Positions 38,368-48,512 are shown, counted from the first letter of the stretch. The stretch: 64,000 bases of DNA from Alphaproteobacteria bacterium (GCA_965232515.1 CBDDPY010000002.1:544001-608000), one strand, 5' to 3'. Numbers and translations: made by a program. The notes: generated by a model from the sequence alone, not told the origin.

Positions 38368-39813
38368 TCAGAGCCGGCGGCCGGAGACCAGGTAAGGGAC
38401 GCCATCGACCGATGCCGTGTTGAGGATTTGGCTGTAGCCCTTGCCGGTATCGGCCTCGTGAACCTGCTCCAATGCGGCGATATCGCCCGTGCCGATAGCC
38501 TCGTGGAGCACACGCCCGTCCATCGGCGATGGCGGCGCGATATCCAGCAGATGCAGCAGGGTCGGCGCCACGTCGACGATACCGGCCGGCGTCGTGACCG
38601 TCACATCCGACGCAAAGGCGCTGCCCGAGAACACAAGCATATTGTTGGTCTCGAACGGCGTCAGCCCGCCGTGCAGGCTGCCGCCGTCGGGAATCTTCGG
38701 CAGGTCGTGCAGGCACCAGCCGGGCGGATGTCCCGGCACCGGATCGATACCGGATTGCGTAATGAAGACGATGTCGGCCGAGCGGTCATGATCGATTCCC
38801 GCGTGCGCCAGATCGAATGCGCCGCTGTGGGGACGCCGCGTGAACAATTGTCCACACCAGTCCTGATCTTGCAGCCAGGCGACAATTTCCGTCTCCCGTG
38901 TTCGGTCGTCGAGATAGATGCCGCCGCAGGATCCCCGCACGATCACCGCGGCGCCGTCGCCATTCGGACGGTCGGCGACGCTGAAGCCGGCCGCCGCGAG
39001 TTGCGCCGGCATGTCGAGCGGCGCGCCTCGAACCGTGACATGGCCGTGATCCGACAAGGCGACGATCTGCAGACTGTCGGCCTCCCCGGTCGCGTCGCGC
39101 CAGTCGAGGATGCGGCCGAATTCCGCATCGGCATGTCGGATCGCCGTCGTCGCGGCGTCCGAGCCGATGCCACGGAAATGGAAGGTGGTATCGGGATCAG
39201 AATACCACAGCAGGCAGACGTCCGGGTCGAGCCGCGGCACGATCCAGTTCATGTAGGCCTCGGTCAGCCAGGTGATTCGTCCCACGTTCGGCATTTCGTC
39301 GGCCGGGATCGGCCCCAGCGTCTCGATCATCTGAGCCAGGAGATCCGGCGTCGTCGAGGAAGCGGCGCCGTGCAGCGAGATGTTGAGATGGCCGAACTCG
39401 CCGGCCTTGCGATGCAATACGCAGTTGCCGCCGGCTGTGCCGCTGCCGGCGACTGCGAACGACCGTCCGGCGCCATGCAGGACCTCGCCGAGGGTCGGCA
39501 CCTCGATCAGGTTGCCTTTCAAGGCGGCGTCCGCCTTGGTCAGCGCCTGGTAGTCGCCACTGTCGATCACCGCGTCGGCCGCGGCGTTCAGGTCGACGAA
39601 GCGGTTGGCGACAATGCCGTGCCGGCGCGGCAAGCAACCTGTGATCAGGCTGGCCTGGTTCACCCGCGTCTCGGTCGGGAAGCAGGCGCGGCTGTTCGAG
39701 AAGCTGACGCCGGTCGCCATCATGCGGCCGAGATTGGGCGTGAGATCGGCCGACAGCATATCCGGCCGCAGGCCGTCGAAGGCAACGACGAGGATGCGGC
39801 AGTCCGCGGTCAT
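38368..39813 (-). CDS. Alkaline phosphatase superfamily (nucleotide pyrophosphatase/phosphodiesterase-like)
   Basis: AFDGLRPD, FPTETRVN (Thr nucleophile), DPDTTFH, SDHGH, HGGL, DVAPT. Confidence 0.88.
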   Translation of the reverse strand: MTADCRILVVAFDGLRPDMLSADLTPNLGRMMATGVSFSNSRACFPTETRVNQASLITGCLPRRHGIVANRFVDLNAAADAVIDSGDYQALTKADAALKGNLIEVPTLGEVLHGAGRSFAVAGSGTAGGNCVLHRKAGEFGHLNISLHGAASSTTPDLLAQMIETLGPIPADEMPNVGRITWLTEAYMNWIVPRLDPDVCLLWYSDPDTTFHFRGIGSDAATTAIRHADAEFGRILDWRDATGEADSLQIVALSDHGHVTVRGAPLDMPAQLAAAGFSVADRPNGDGAAVIVRGSCGGIYLDDRTRETEIVAWLQDQDWCGQLFTRRPHSGAFDLAHAGIDHDRSADIVFITQSGIDPVPGHPPGWCLHDLPKIPDGGSLHGGLTPFETNNMLVFSGSAFASDVTVTTPAGIVDVAPTLLHLLDIAPPSPMDGRVLHEAIGTGDIAALEQVHEADTGKGYSQILNTASVDGVPYLVSGRRL

Positions 39814-40268
39814 GCCGCGTCCTCCGGTCGGCGGCGCAGCAATTGCACGGCCTTGAAGCTCGCCACGACCTCGTCGTTCTGGTTGACGATCTCATAGCTC
39901 AAGGTAACCAGACCGCGGTCCGGCTTGGATTTCGACACACGCGTCTCGGTGACGCGGACGACGGTGCTGATGGTATCGCCGGGCCGCACCGGCTGCCGCC
40001 AGCGCAGTTCGTCGAGGCCCGGCGAGCCCAGGCTGGCGTTGCCGAAGATGTTGGTATGCATCAGCATCCGGAAGGCCACGGCGGCTATCTGCCAGCCGCT
40101 GGCGATGATGCCGCCATAGATGGACTCTTCGGCGGCGGTCTTGTCGATGTGGAATGGCTGCGGGTCGTATTTGAAGGCCCAGTCGATGATCTCGGCCTCG
40201 CTCAGCGTCTTGCCAGGCGAGCGGACCGTGTCGCCGACCTTGAAACTCTCGTACCAAACGTCACTCAT
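39810..40268 (-). CDS. MaoC family dehydratase
   Basis: YDPQPFHID, IASGW, SPGLDELRW..PVRPGD, SKSKPDRG. Confidence 0.92.
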   Translation of the reverse strand: MSDVWYESFKVGDTVRSPGKTLSEAEIIDWAFKYDPQPFHIDKTAAEESIYGGIIASGWQIAAVAFRMLMHTNIFGNASLGSPGLDELRWRQPVRPGDTISTVVRVTETRVSKSKPDRGLVTLSYEIVNQNDEVVASFKAVQLLRRRPEDAA

Positions 40269-40383
40269 CCGTTGCCTCCCAACGCGACCTGCAGCCGCCT
40301 CTATAGCTAACCCAAGCCGTAAGACGGGGCTATCCGAAGATTGCGACATCTTGCTAGGGTTCGGCCGCAACAGGAGTTGGGCA

Positions 40384-41472
40384 ATGGATATCGCCGTCGT
40401 AGGTGGCGGTCACGGCTGCTACGCTGCGGCCGCGGATCTCGCCGAGCAAGGTCACACTATCAGGTTCTGGCGCCGCGACGCGGAAGCGTTCGCGCCGGTC
40501 CTGGAACGCCAGGCAATCACGCTGAAGGATTACCGCGGCGTGCGCGATGTCCCTCTGGGACTGGCAACGACGGATCTGGCCGCTGCGGTCGATGGCGCCG
40601 AGCTGGTGCTGTCCCCGCTGCCGGCGACGGCTCAGGCGGGGGTGGCCGGCGCCCTGGCGCCGCATTTGCGCGACGGTCAGGTGGTGTTCATTCCGCCGGG
40701 CACGTTCGGCAGCTATCTGATGACGCGGATCGTCCGAGACGCCGGCAACGGCGCCGATGTGGCGTTCGCAGAGGCCGGGACGCTGCCCTATCTCGCGCGC
40801 AAGCACGGCGCCGATGAGATCGCGATCACGACGCGGGCGACCCGGCTGCCGACGGGCGTTTTTCCGGCCTCGAACGCAGCCGATGCCTTCGCAATCCTGG
40901 AACAGGCATTTCCGGCGATCGAGCGGTTGGCGGACGGCCTGGACGGCGCCTTGATGAACGCGGGCCCGATTATCCATCCGCCCTTGATCGTGATGAATGC
41001 CGGACCGCTGCAGCACTTCGAGCATTGGGATATCCACAACGAGGGCACGCAGCCGGCCATCCGCGCCACCACTGACGCGCTCGATGCCGAACGCATCGCC
41101 GTGCGCGAGGCGCTGGGGTACGGCGCACCGCATTTTCCGCTCGCCGACCACTACGATCCGGAACGGCCGGAATGGATGTACGGCAATGCCGCGCACGAGC
41201 GACTGACCGACAGCGGCGATTGGCGCGAGCATATCGATCTGCAGGCGCACCGTTATATGCGCGAGGACGTCGCCTGCGGTCTCGCCTTTCTGGTCTCGGT
41301 GGCCGAGTGGGCCGGCGTGCCGTGCCCGGTGGCGCGGGGGCTGCTGGCCATCTGTTCGGCGATTGTCGGTGAAGACTTGCGCACGACGGGACGCACGCTG
41401 GAAAGCTTCGAACTAGCCGGCATGACGCAAGCCGAGATGCGTCGGCTGCTGACCAAGGGGCTTTCGGCATGA
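40384..41472 (+). CDS. NAD/NADP octopine/nopaline (opine) dehydrogenase family protein
   Basis: VGGGHG, PGTFG, EAGTLPY, NAGPIIHP, LDAERIAV, RYMREDV. Confidence 0.9.
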   Translation: MDIAVVGGGHGCYAAAADLAEQGHTIRFWRRDAEAFAPVLERQAITLKDYRGVRDVPLGLATTDLAAAVDGAELVLSPLPATAQAGVAGALAPHLRDGQVVFIPPGTFGSYLMTRIVRDAGNGADVAFAEAGTLPYLARKHGADEIAITTRATRLPTGVFPASNAADAFAILEQAFPAIERLADGLDGALMNAGPIIHPPLIVMNAGPLQHFEHWDIHNEGTQPAIRATTDALDAERIAVREALGYGAPHFPLADHYDPERPEWMYGNAAHERLTDSGDWREHIDLQAHRYMREDVACGLAFLVSVAEWAGVPCPVARGLLAICSAIVGEDLRTTGRTLESFELAGMTQAEMRRLLTKGLSA

Positions 41473-42521
41473 CGCGGATCGCTGCCGTTGGTGCCGGCCG
41501 CATGGGGCGTGGCATCGCCCAGGTGTTCGCCTATGCCGGTTTCGATGTCGCGCTGATCGACGTGAAGCCGCGCGATGACGATGAAGCCGCGGCGAAGCTG
41601 GCGGAAGCCATCGATGAAATCGCCCGCAACCTGTCATTCCTCGAGTCGGCCGGCGTGCTGGCGCCCGAACAGTCAGCCGCCGTTTTGGCGCGGGTAACGA
41701 CTTATGACGCGAGTTCGGCCGGCACGGCCTTGGCCGATGCCGATGTTGTGTTCGAGGGTGTGCCGGAAGTGATGGCGGCGAAGCAGGCGGCTCTGCAACA
41801 AATCTCGGCCGCCGTCGGCCCGGAAACGATCATCGCCTCGACCACGTCGACCATGCAGGTCGATGAGCTGGCGGCGTTCGTCGCGCGGCCGGAGCGGTTT
41901 CTGAACGCCCATTGGCTCAACCCGGCCTATCTTATTCCGCTAGTTGAGGTCAGCGCGGGCGCGACGACGGCGGAGGCGACCGTCACGGCCATGACCGAAT
42001 TGCTGGAGCGGGCCGGCAAGGTGCCGGTGCGATGCGCCGCGCGGCCGGGCTTTATCGTGCCACGCATCCAGGCGCTGGCCATGAACGAGGCCGCGCGCAT
42101 GGTCGAGGAGGGCGTGGCCTCGCCGGAGGAGATCGACAAGGCGATCCGCGTTGGCTTCGGCGTGCGCTACGCGGTGATGGGCTTGATCGAGTTCATCGAT
42201 TGGGGCGGCGGCGACATCCTGTATTACGCCAGTCGTTATCTGAACGGCGCGCTGGGGTCGGAACGTTACGCCCCGCCCGAGGTCGTGGAGACGAATATGG
42301 CCGATGGCCGTATCGGCTTGCGGTCGGGTCAGGGCTTCTATGATTTCAGCGACATGGACATCAACGAATACCAGCGCGAGACCTTGCGCAAGTTCGTCGA
42401 TCTTCTGCGCCATCTCGACATGCTGCCGGCGCCGGGCGGCTCAAACACGGCCGAAGACGAGCGTCCTGGAGGCTGTGAAGTTGACGGCGAGGCCGGCGAG
42501 CGAGCCCGCGGCGACGCCTAG
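41469..42521 (+). CDS. 3-hydroxyacyl-CoA (3-hydroxybutyryl-CoA) dehydrogenase family
   Basis: GAGRMGRGIA, FEGVPE, ASTTS, NAHWLNP, LVEV, GKVPV, PGFIVPR. Confidence 0.9.
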   Translation: MTRIAAVGAGRMGRGIAQVFAYAGFDVALIDVKPRDDDEAAAKLAEAIDEIARNLSFLESAGVLAPEQSAAVLARVTTYDASSAGTALADADVVFEGVPEVMAAKQAALQQISAAVGPETIIASTTSTMQVDELAAFVARPERFLNAHWLNPAYLIPLVEVSAGATTAEATVTAMTELLERAGKVPVRCAARPGFIVPRIQALAMNEAARMVEEGVASPEEIDKAIRVGFGVRYAVMGLIEFIDWGGGDILYYASRYLNGALGSERYAPPEVVETNMADGRIGLRSGQGFYDFSDMDINEYQRETLRKFVDLLRHLDMLPAPGGSNTAEDERPGGCEVDGEAGERARGDA

Positions 42522-42827
42522 TATCGGCAGGGCGGCGACCGCCGGCTGCGTCGCCACGAGGACGGCATAGACCGCATAGTTGATGGCGCCGCCGACGGCA
42601 TTGACGGCGATGAAGCGCGCCCATTGCTGGCCGGTCCGATGATCGGTGGTTCCGAAGGTGAAGCGCCGGTTCATGGCCCAGGTGAAGCTGGCGGCCGCGA
42701 GGAACGAGAACAGGCGGCTGACATAAAGGCCCCCACCGGCGCCCGCGATCAGCAAATGCAGCACGCCCGCATCGACCAGGAAGCCGAGCGCGCCGACGAA
42801 CGAAAAGCGGACGAGCTGCTGGGGCAT
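42441..42827 (-). CDS. GtrA family membrane protein
   Basis: RFSFVGALGFLVD, TWAMNRRFTF, NYAVY, NFTASR.LVF. Confidence 0.9.
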   Translation of the reverse strand: MPQQLVRFSFVGALGFLVDAGVLHLLIAGAGGGLYVSRLFSFLAAASFTWAMNRRFTFGTTDHRTGQQWARFIAVNAVGGAINYAVYAVLVATQPAVAALPILGVAAGSLAGLAVNFTASRTLVFGRV

Positions 42828-42864
42828 GGTGCGCCGAGCTTTGCAGACTCGAGTTTACCGATTG

Positions 42865-43541
42865 TTAAGCGGCGCTCAGCTCATCCGCGGCAAGGACGGT
42901 TTGCAAGGCGTAGGTCGCGATCGCGCAGTCCGACTTGGCACCATGGCTGGTAAGATCGTCGGTCGAGATTGCCGGTCCGTTGTCGCCGATGTGCTCGATG
43001 ATCAGAATCCAATCGGCCGTCTCGTCGGGCTTGCCACGCACCTCTTTTTCCTGGGTCGGCACGGATGTCGTTTCTACATCGGCTTGCAGCAGATGCGCGC
43101 CGACGACGCCGTGTTGTTCGGTGAGCGCCGGCAGAGCCTCGGCCGAGAGCCAGGCCTGCAGCTCGCCAACCCGACCGTCGGCCGGCGACAGGCGATAGAC
43201 GGTGGCCATACCGCCGACACCGAGACCCCGGCTGACGGCGACCCGCGCGGCGGTGCGGATCGTTAGCGCGAAGCTCGCGGCGACCCGTCGCGTCCATGGG
43301 GTTGGATCGTTCAGCCGGTCGAGATAGGCCGGCGAACGGAGCACGCCGACATCCTCGGTTTCGTAGAGAACGAAGTATTGCGGCGCGCCCCGAACGGCGG
43401 CATAGCGACGGCCGCGCAGAAAGCCGGGCACGCCGACCCGCTCGGGGATGTGCTCGTGCGTGTGCAGGCGTTGAAATCGTCGTGGCCGTCCGCCGGCAGG
43501 TCGTGCCAGTTGGCGAGCGCGCCGTTGCCCAGCAGGGCCAT
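42865..43541 (-). pseudogene. Frameshifted EthD/DUF4286-like protein (pseudogene or sequencing error)
   Basis: MALLGNGALANWHD...DFNA in one frame continues as HTHEHIPERVGVPGFLRGRRY in another; one base missing near 43465. Confidence 0.8.
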
Positions 43542-44749
43542 CAGGCCGACCCGTCGACCTCGAGCACCACGGCCATGGCGCTGTCGCCAGCGGCGCAGCC
43601 CTGAAACAGCCCACGACCGCCGCCGCGGATCGCGAGCTCCTCGATCAACTCGACGATGCAGCGGGCGCCGGTCGGTCCTTGCGGATGGCCCCAGATCAAC
43701 GAGCAGCCGTAATTGTTCATGTCGTCAAGTGGGAAGCCGGTTTCGCGGCTGAAGACGATGTCGTTCACGGCGAACGGATTGTGTGACTTCACGGCGTCGA
43801 TGTCGTCGATCGTCAGGCCGGCATTGTCGAGCGCCCTACGTGCCGCCTCGACCGGGGCTTGCGGCATATAGCCCTTCTCGGTTCGGGACTGGCCAAAGCC
43901 TAGAAGCCGAATGCGGATGTCAGGATCCTGCGACAGTTCCGCCGCCCGGTCGGCCGATGTCACCACAATGCCGACAGCGCCGTCGGCGGGATGCGTCTGG
44001 CCGCCGAAGGTGATGGTCCCGTCGGGCTTGACCGGCTTCAGCCGGGCGAGGCCTTCGGCGTTGGTCTCGACCACGCCCTCGTCGCTGGTCATCGTCGCCT
44101 TGGTTTTGCGGAAGCGGGCGTCCGGCACCTCGAACGGCAGCGTCATGTAGCGCTTCTGAAAGGCGCTGTCGTCGGCAAGCGCGTCCTGGTACTGCGCGTA
44201 GCGCCGCAACACCACGTCATGCTGTTGCGCCGTGGTGATCTGGTATTTGGCGGCCACGTTCTCGGCCGTGTCGACCATCGCCAGCTCGGCATAGGGATCG
44301 TTCGAGAAGTTGTCGAGCACCCAGTTTTCCTGTGTCCCGGTGCCGCCGGGCGCGTCCGGCGCGGGATAATAGATGTGGGGGCCATTGGAGGTGCGGTCGG
44401 CCGTTACCACCAACGACGTCCCGGCCATGCCGGCGGCGATCTCCTGGGCGGCGGCCGAAAGCGTGCGGGCGCCGGTGGCGCAGGCCTGGTTGATCCAGGG
44501 ACCGCCGACGCCGTCCGCACCGATCATGCCGGTGAGCCACGGCAGGCCGTAGAAGGACTGGTGCTGTGGCACGGTCATGCCCAGCACGCCGTGGTCGAAC
44601 GTGTCGACCGGGATGTCGCGCCGGGCCAGCTCGGCGCGGCTAACATGGGCGGCGAACTTCATGGCATGCAGGTGGGAAAGACTGCCCTGCCAACGCGCGA
44701 ACGGCGTCGACCAATAGGCGCCATAAGGGATTTCGGCGGGTTTCGGCAC
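43541..44749 (-). CDS. Thiolase family protein
   Basis: STPFARWQGSL, NQACATG (catalytic Cys), DEG, HNPF, GHPQGPTG, GCAAGD. Confidence 0.9.
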   Translation of the reverse strand: MPKPAEIPYGAYWSTPFARWQGSLSHLHAMKFAAHVSRAELARRDIPVDTFDHGVLGMTVPQHQSFYGLPWLTGMIGADGVGGPWINQACATGARTLSAAAQEIAAGMAGTSLVVTADRTSNGPHIYYPAPDAPGGTGTQENWVLDNFSNDPYAELAMVDTAENVAAKYQITTAQQHDVVLRRYAQYQDALADDSAFQKRYMTLPFEVPDARFRKTKATMTSDEGVVETNAEGLARLKPVKPDGTITFGGQTHPADGAVGIVVTSADRAAELSQDPDIRIRLLGFGQSRTEKGYMPQAPVEAARRALDNAGLTIDDIDAVKSHNPFAVNDIVFSRETGFPLDDMNNYGCSLIWGHPQGPTGARCIVELIEELAIRGGGRGLFQGCAAGDSAMAVVLEVDGSA

Positions 44750-44873
44750 GGGCGTCTCTCACTTGATCCAGAGTGCTGACGGTAGCATCGGCCTCGTTTG
44801 ACTTGTAGACCGCAATAACCACAATAAGTCCGGACAAATTTTCGGGGAAGCCCGGAGGGGCAAGGGGCGGAGG

Positions 44874-47003
44874 ATGGAGCGCTCATTCAAGAAGGAAGTG
44901 CAGTCGCTGAAGCTCGGCGACGGCGAGACCTTTCATGGCGAGGGCATTCTTGCCGTGACCAAGGCGCTGCTGCAGTCGGGCGTCTCCTATGTCGGTGGCT
45001 ATCAGGGCGCGCCGATCAGCCACCTGATGGACGTGCTGGTCGATGCCGAGGACATCCTCGACGATCTCGGCGTGCATCTCGAGACCTGCACGTCGGAGGC
45101 CGCCGCCGCCGCCATGCTCGGTGCCTCCATCAACTATCCGCTCAGGGGGGCGGCGACCTGGAAGGCGACGGTCGGCACCAATGTCGCCTCGGACGCGCTC
45201 TCGAACCTGGCAAGCGCCGGCGTCAAGGGTGGCGCCATGATCGTGATCGGCGAGGACTACGGCGAGGGCGCCAGCATCATCCAGGAGCGCAGCCATGCCT
45301 TCGCCATGAAGTCGCAGATGTGGCTGCTGGATCCGCGACCGAACCTGCCGACGATCGTGCGCATGGTCGAGCAGGGCTTCGAGCTGTCGGAGCATTCGAA
45401 CACGCCGGTCATGCTGGAGCTTCGCATCCGCGCCTGCCATGTGCATGGCAGCTTTCCGACCCGCGACAATCGACAGCCGGAGTTTTCGCGCAATCAGGTC
45501 ATCGAGAACCCGGACTTCGACTTTTCGCGCATCTGCCTGCCGCCGTCGACCTATGCCCAGGAGAAGCAGAAGATCGAATTCCGGATGCCGGCGGCGATCA
45601 AGTTCATCGCCGAGAACAAACTGAACGAGGTCTTCGACGGCGACGTCGGCGAGATCGGCATCATCTGCCAGGGCGGGCTCTACAACTCGGTGATGCGGGG
45701 CCTCGATCAGCTCGGCCTGACGGATGCGGACGGCAACAGCCGGATTCCGATCCTGGCCCTGAATGTCACCTATCCGTTGGTGCCCGACGAGATCACCGGC
45801 TTCTGCGCCGGCAAGAAGGCGGTCCTGATGGTCGAGGAGGGGCAGCCCGATTTCCTTGAGCAGGCTGTCAACGTGGCACTGCGCAAGGCCGATTTGCAGA
45901 CCCGCGTGTTCGGCAAGGACGTGCTGCCGATGGCGGGCGAGTACACCTCCGAGGTGGTGTTGAACGGTCTTGGCGGTTTCATCGCCGGCACGACTCCCGA
46001 CGGAATGGACGCCGAGGCCGTCGCCAGCCGGCTTGCCGCGCTGATGGCCAACAAGACGCGCGCCGCCGAACTGCTGGGCGAGGCGATGCCGACGCGGCCG
46101 CCGTCTTTCTGTACCGGCTGTCCGGAGCGGCCGGTATTCAGTGCCATCAAGATCCTGGAGAAGGAGATCGGCCCAACGCATATGGCCGCCGACATTGGCT
46201 GCCATACCTTCTCGACGTTGCCGCCGTTCAATCTCGGCAATACCGTGCTGGGTTACGGCATGGGGCTCGCCAGCGCCGCCGGCGTCGCGCCCAACATGGG
46301 CAAGCGCGTGATCTCGATCATGGGCGACGGCGGCTTCTGGCATAACGGCCTGACCAACGGCGTCGGCAGCGCCATGTTCAACAAGGACGACGGCGTCCTG
46401 ATGATCATGAAGAACGGCTATACGTCGGCGACCGGCTGGCAGTTCCTGCCGTCCAGCACCCAGGACCGCACGGGCAAGGACCCCGGCATGTCGATCGAGT
46501 CCGCATTGAAAGGCTTGGGCGTCAAATGGCTGCGGACAGTGCGGACCTATAATGTCGCCAGCATGATCAAGGTCCTGCGCGAGGCCATGACGTCGGATGA
46601 CAAGGGCTTGAAGGTGATCATCGCCGACGGCGAATGCCAGCTTGCCCGGCAACGCCGCATCCGACCGAAGATCGCCGCCCAGCTGAAGCGTGGCGAACGT
46701 GTGGTGCGGACGCGCTTCGGCGTCGACGATGAGACCTGTACGGGCGATCACTCCTGCATCCGCCTGTCCGGCTGCCCGTCGCTGACCATCAAGCCGAACC
46801 CCGATCCGCTGCGCGCTGATCCCGTCGCGCATGTCGACAATTCCTGCGTCGGCTGCGGACTTTGCGGCGAAGTCAGCCATGCCGCCATTCTTTGCCCGTC
46901 GTTCTACAGGGCTGAGATCGTGCAGAACCCGCGCTGGTTCGACCGCGTGCTGGACCGCGTCCGTCGCGCGGTCATCGGCCGGCTGGCGGGCGCCACGGCA
47001 TGA
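44874..47003 (+). CDS. iorA: Indolepyruvate ferredoxin oxidoreductase alpha subunit family
   Basis: GYQGAP, VGTNVASD, RPPSFCTGCPER, DIGC, GDGGFWHNG (TPP), C-terminal CVGCGLC ferredoxin motif. Confidence 0.9.
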   Translation: MERSFKKEVQSLKLGDGETFHGEGILAVTKALLQSGVSYVGGYQGAPISHLMDVLVDAEDILDDLGVHLETCTSEAAAAAMLGASINYPLRGAATWKATVGTNVASDALSNLASAGVKGGAMIVIGEDYGEGASIIQERSHAFAMKSQMWLLDPRPNLPTIVRMVEQGFELSEHSNTPVMLELRIRACHVHGSFPTRDNRQPEFSRNQVIENPDFDFSRICLPPSTYAQEKQKIEFRMPAAIKFIAENKLNEVFDGDVGEIGIICQGGLYNSVMRGLDQLGLTDADGNSRIPILALNVTYPLVPDEITGFCAGKKAVLMVEEGQPDFLEQAVNVALRKADLQTRVFGKDVLPMAGEYTSEVVLNGLGGFIAGTTPDGMDAEAVASRLAALMANKTRAAELLGEAMPTRPPSFCTGCPERPVFSAIKILEKEIGPTHMAADIGCHTFSTLPPFNLGNTVLGYGMGLASAAGVAPNMGKRVISIMGDGGFWHNGLTNGVGSAMFNKDDGVLMIMKNGYTSATGWQFLPSSTQDRTGKDPGMSIESALKGLGVKWLRTVRTYNVASMIKVLREAMTSDDKGLKVIIADGECQLARQRRIRPKIAAQLKRGERVVRTRFGVDDETCTGDHSCIRLSGCPSLTIKPNPDPLRADPVAHVDNSCVGCGLCGEVSHAAILCPSFYRAEIVQNPRWFDRVLDRVRRAVIGRLAGATA

Positions 47004-48508
47004 CCGCGACGGATCGGCCGACCAAGCTGCTGCTGGCCGCCATGGGCGGCGAGGGCGGCGGCGTTCTGACGAGCTGGATCGTCGCCGCCGCCGAGGCCGA
47101 AGGGGTGATCGTGCAGAGCACCTCGATCCCCGGCGTCGCCCAGCGCACCGGCGCCACCACCTACTACATCGAGCTAATGCCGCAAGGCGGAGCCGCGCCG
47201 GTCATGGCGCTCTACCCGGGCGTCGGCGATGTGGACGTGATGGTCGCGAGCGAGCTGGTCGAGGCCGGCCGGGCCATGCAGAACGGCTTCGTGACGCCGG
47301 ACCGGACGACGCTGATCGCCTCCACCCACCGGTCATATTCCATGATCGAGCGGACGGCGATGGGCGACGGTCGCGTGGACGCCAGCCGCGTCGAGCGCGC
47401 CGCCCAGGAGATGGCGAAGCAGGCCGTCCTGTTCGACATGGCTGCGGCGGCACGGGAAGCCGGCACGGTGATCAACGCGGTGATGTTGGGCGCGATTGCC
47501 GGCAGCGGCGCTTTGCCGTTGTCGACAGCCGCTATCGAGGCCGCGATCTCCGGTTCGGGCAAGTCCGTCGACAGCAACTTGGCGGGCTTCCGCCTCGGGT
47601 ATGCGCAGGCGAAGGGCGAGCGCGCCGCCGACGTCCCCGCCGACGAAAAGCGTGCGTTCCTTTCCGATCGGCCGACGGCCGAAAGCCTGCTCGAGCGCGT
47701 GACGCAGACATTTCCGGCGGCGTCGCAGGCGAACCTGCGCGAGGGTGTCAACAGGCTGATCGATTTTCAGGATCCGGCCTATGCCAAGCTTTACCTCGAC
47801 CGTCTCGATCCCGTGCGCGACGCCGCCGAAGACGACGACATCCTGATCGAGGCCGGACGTTTCCTGGCGCTGCGGATGAGCTACGAGGACGTTATCCGCG
47901 TGGCGCAGGCAAAGACCCGGCCCGAGCGAATGGCCAAGGTGCGTCAGGAAGTGCGCGCGAAGACGGGCGAGCCGGTCGTCGTGACGGAGTTTCTGAAGCC
48001 GGGCATCGACGAGTTCGCGTCCGTGCTGCCGCCGGCGTTGGCGCGGCGGCTGATCGCCTGGGCCGATCGCCGCGGGATCAAGGCGAAGCTGCATGTGGGC
48101 CTGCACATCAAGTCGTCGACGATCAGCGGCTACCTGCTGATGCGGACGCTTGCCGGACTACGGCTGTTCCGCCGGCGCGGCTATCGCTATGCCGAGGAGC
48201 AGACGGCGATCGATGCCTGGCTCGATCGGGTCGTCCGCGCCGTGCGTATTGACGCGGATCTCGCCCGCGAGGTGATTGCCTGCGCGAACCTGATCAAAGG
48301 CTATAGCGATACGCACCGCCGCGGGACCGAGAATTTCGACGGCATCATGGCCACGCTGGTCGATCCGACATTGGCCGGCGAGATGGATCCGGCATCGGCG
48401 ACGGCGGCCATTCGCGGGGCGCGGGAGGCGGCGTTGGCGGACCCCGAGGGCGGTGCGCTTCGCGATGCCCTCAATGCCCCACCGGTTGCCAAGCTGGCGG
48501 CCGAGTAG
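47000..48508 (+). CDS. iorB: Indolepyruvate oxidoreductase beta subunit family (long form)
   Basis: AMGGEGGGVL, GVAQRTGAT, MSYEDVIRVA, LIKGYSDT. Confidence 0.85.
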   Translation: MTATDRPTKLLLAAMGGEGGGVLTSWIVAAAEAEGVIVQSTSIPGVAQRTGATTYYIELMPQGGAAPVMALYPGVGDVDVMVASELVEAGRAMQNGFVTPDRTTLIASTHRSYSMIERTAMGDGRVDASRVERAAQEMAKQAVLFDMAAAAREAGTVINAVMLGAIAGSGALPLSTAAIEAAISGSGKSVDSNLAGFRLGYAQAKGERAADVPADEKRAFLSDRPTAESLLERVTQTFPAASQANLREGVNRLIDFQDPAYAKLYLDRLDPVRDAAEDDDILIEAGRFLALRMSYEDVIRVAQAKTRPERMAKVRQEVRAKTGEPVVVTEFLKPGIDEFASVLPPALARRLIAWADRRGIKAKLHVGLHIKSSTISGYLLMRTLAGLRLFRRRGYRYAEEQTAIDAWLDRVVRAVRIDADLAREVIACANLIKGYSDTHRRGTENFDGIMATLVDPTLAGEMDPASATAAIRGAREAALADPEGGALRDALNAPPVAKLAAE

Positions 48509-48512
48509 GCGC

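Noticed and set aside
34575-46880. Long antisense or alternate-frame ORFs (e.g. 34575-35810, 38362-39897, 44883-46880)
   Set aside because: They shadow well-supported genes, lack motifs, and are expected in high-GC DNA.
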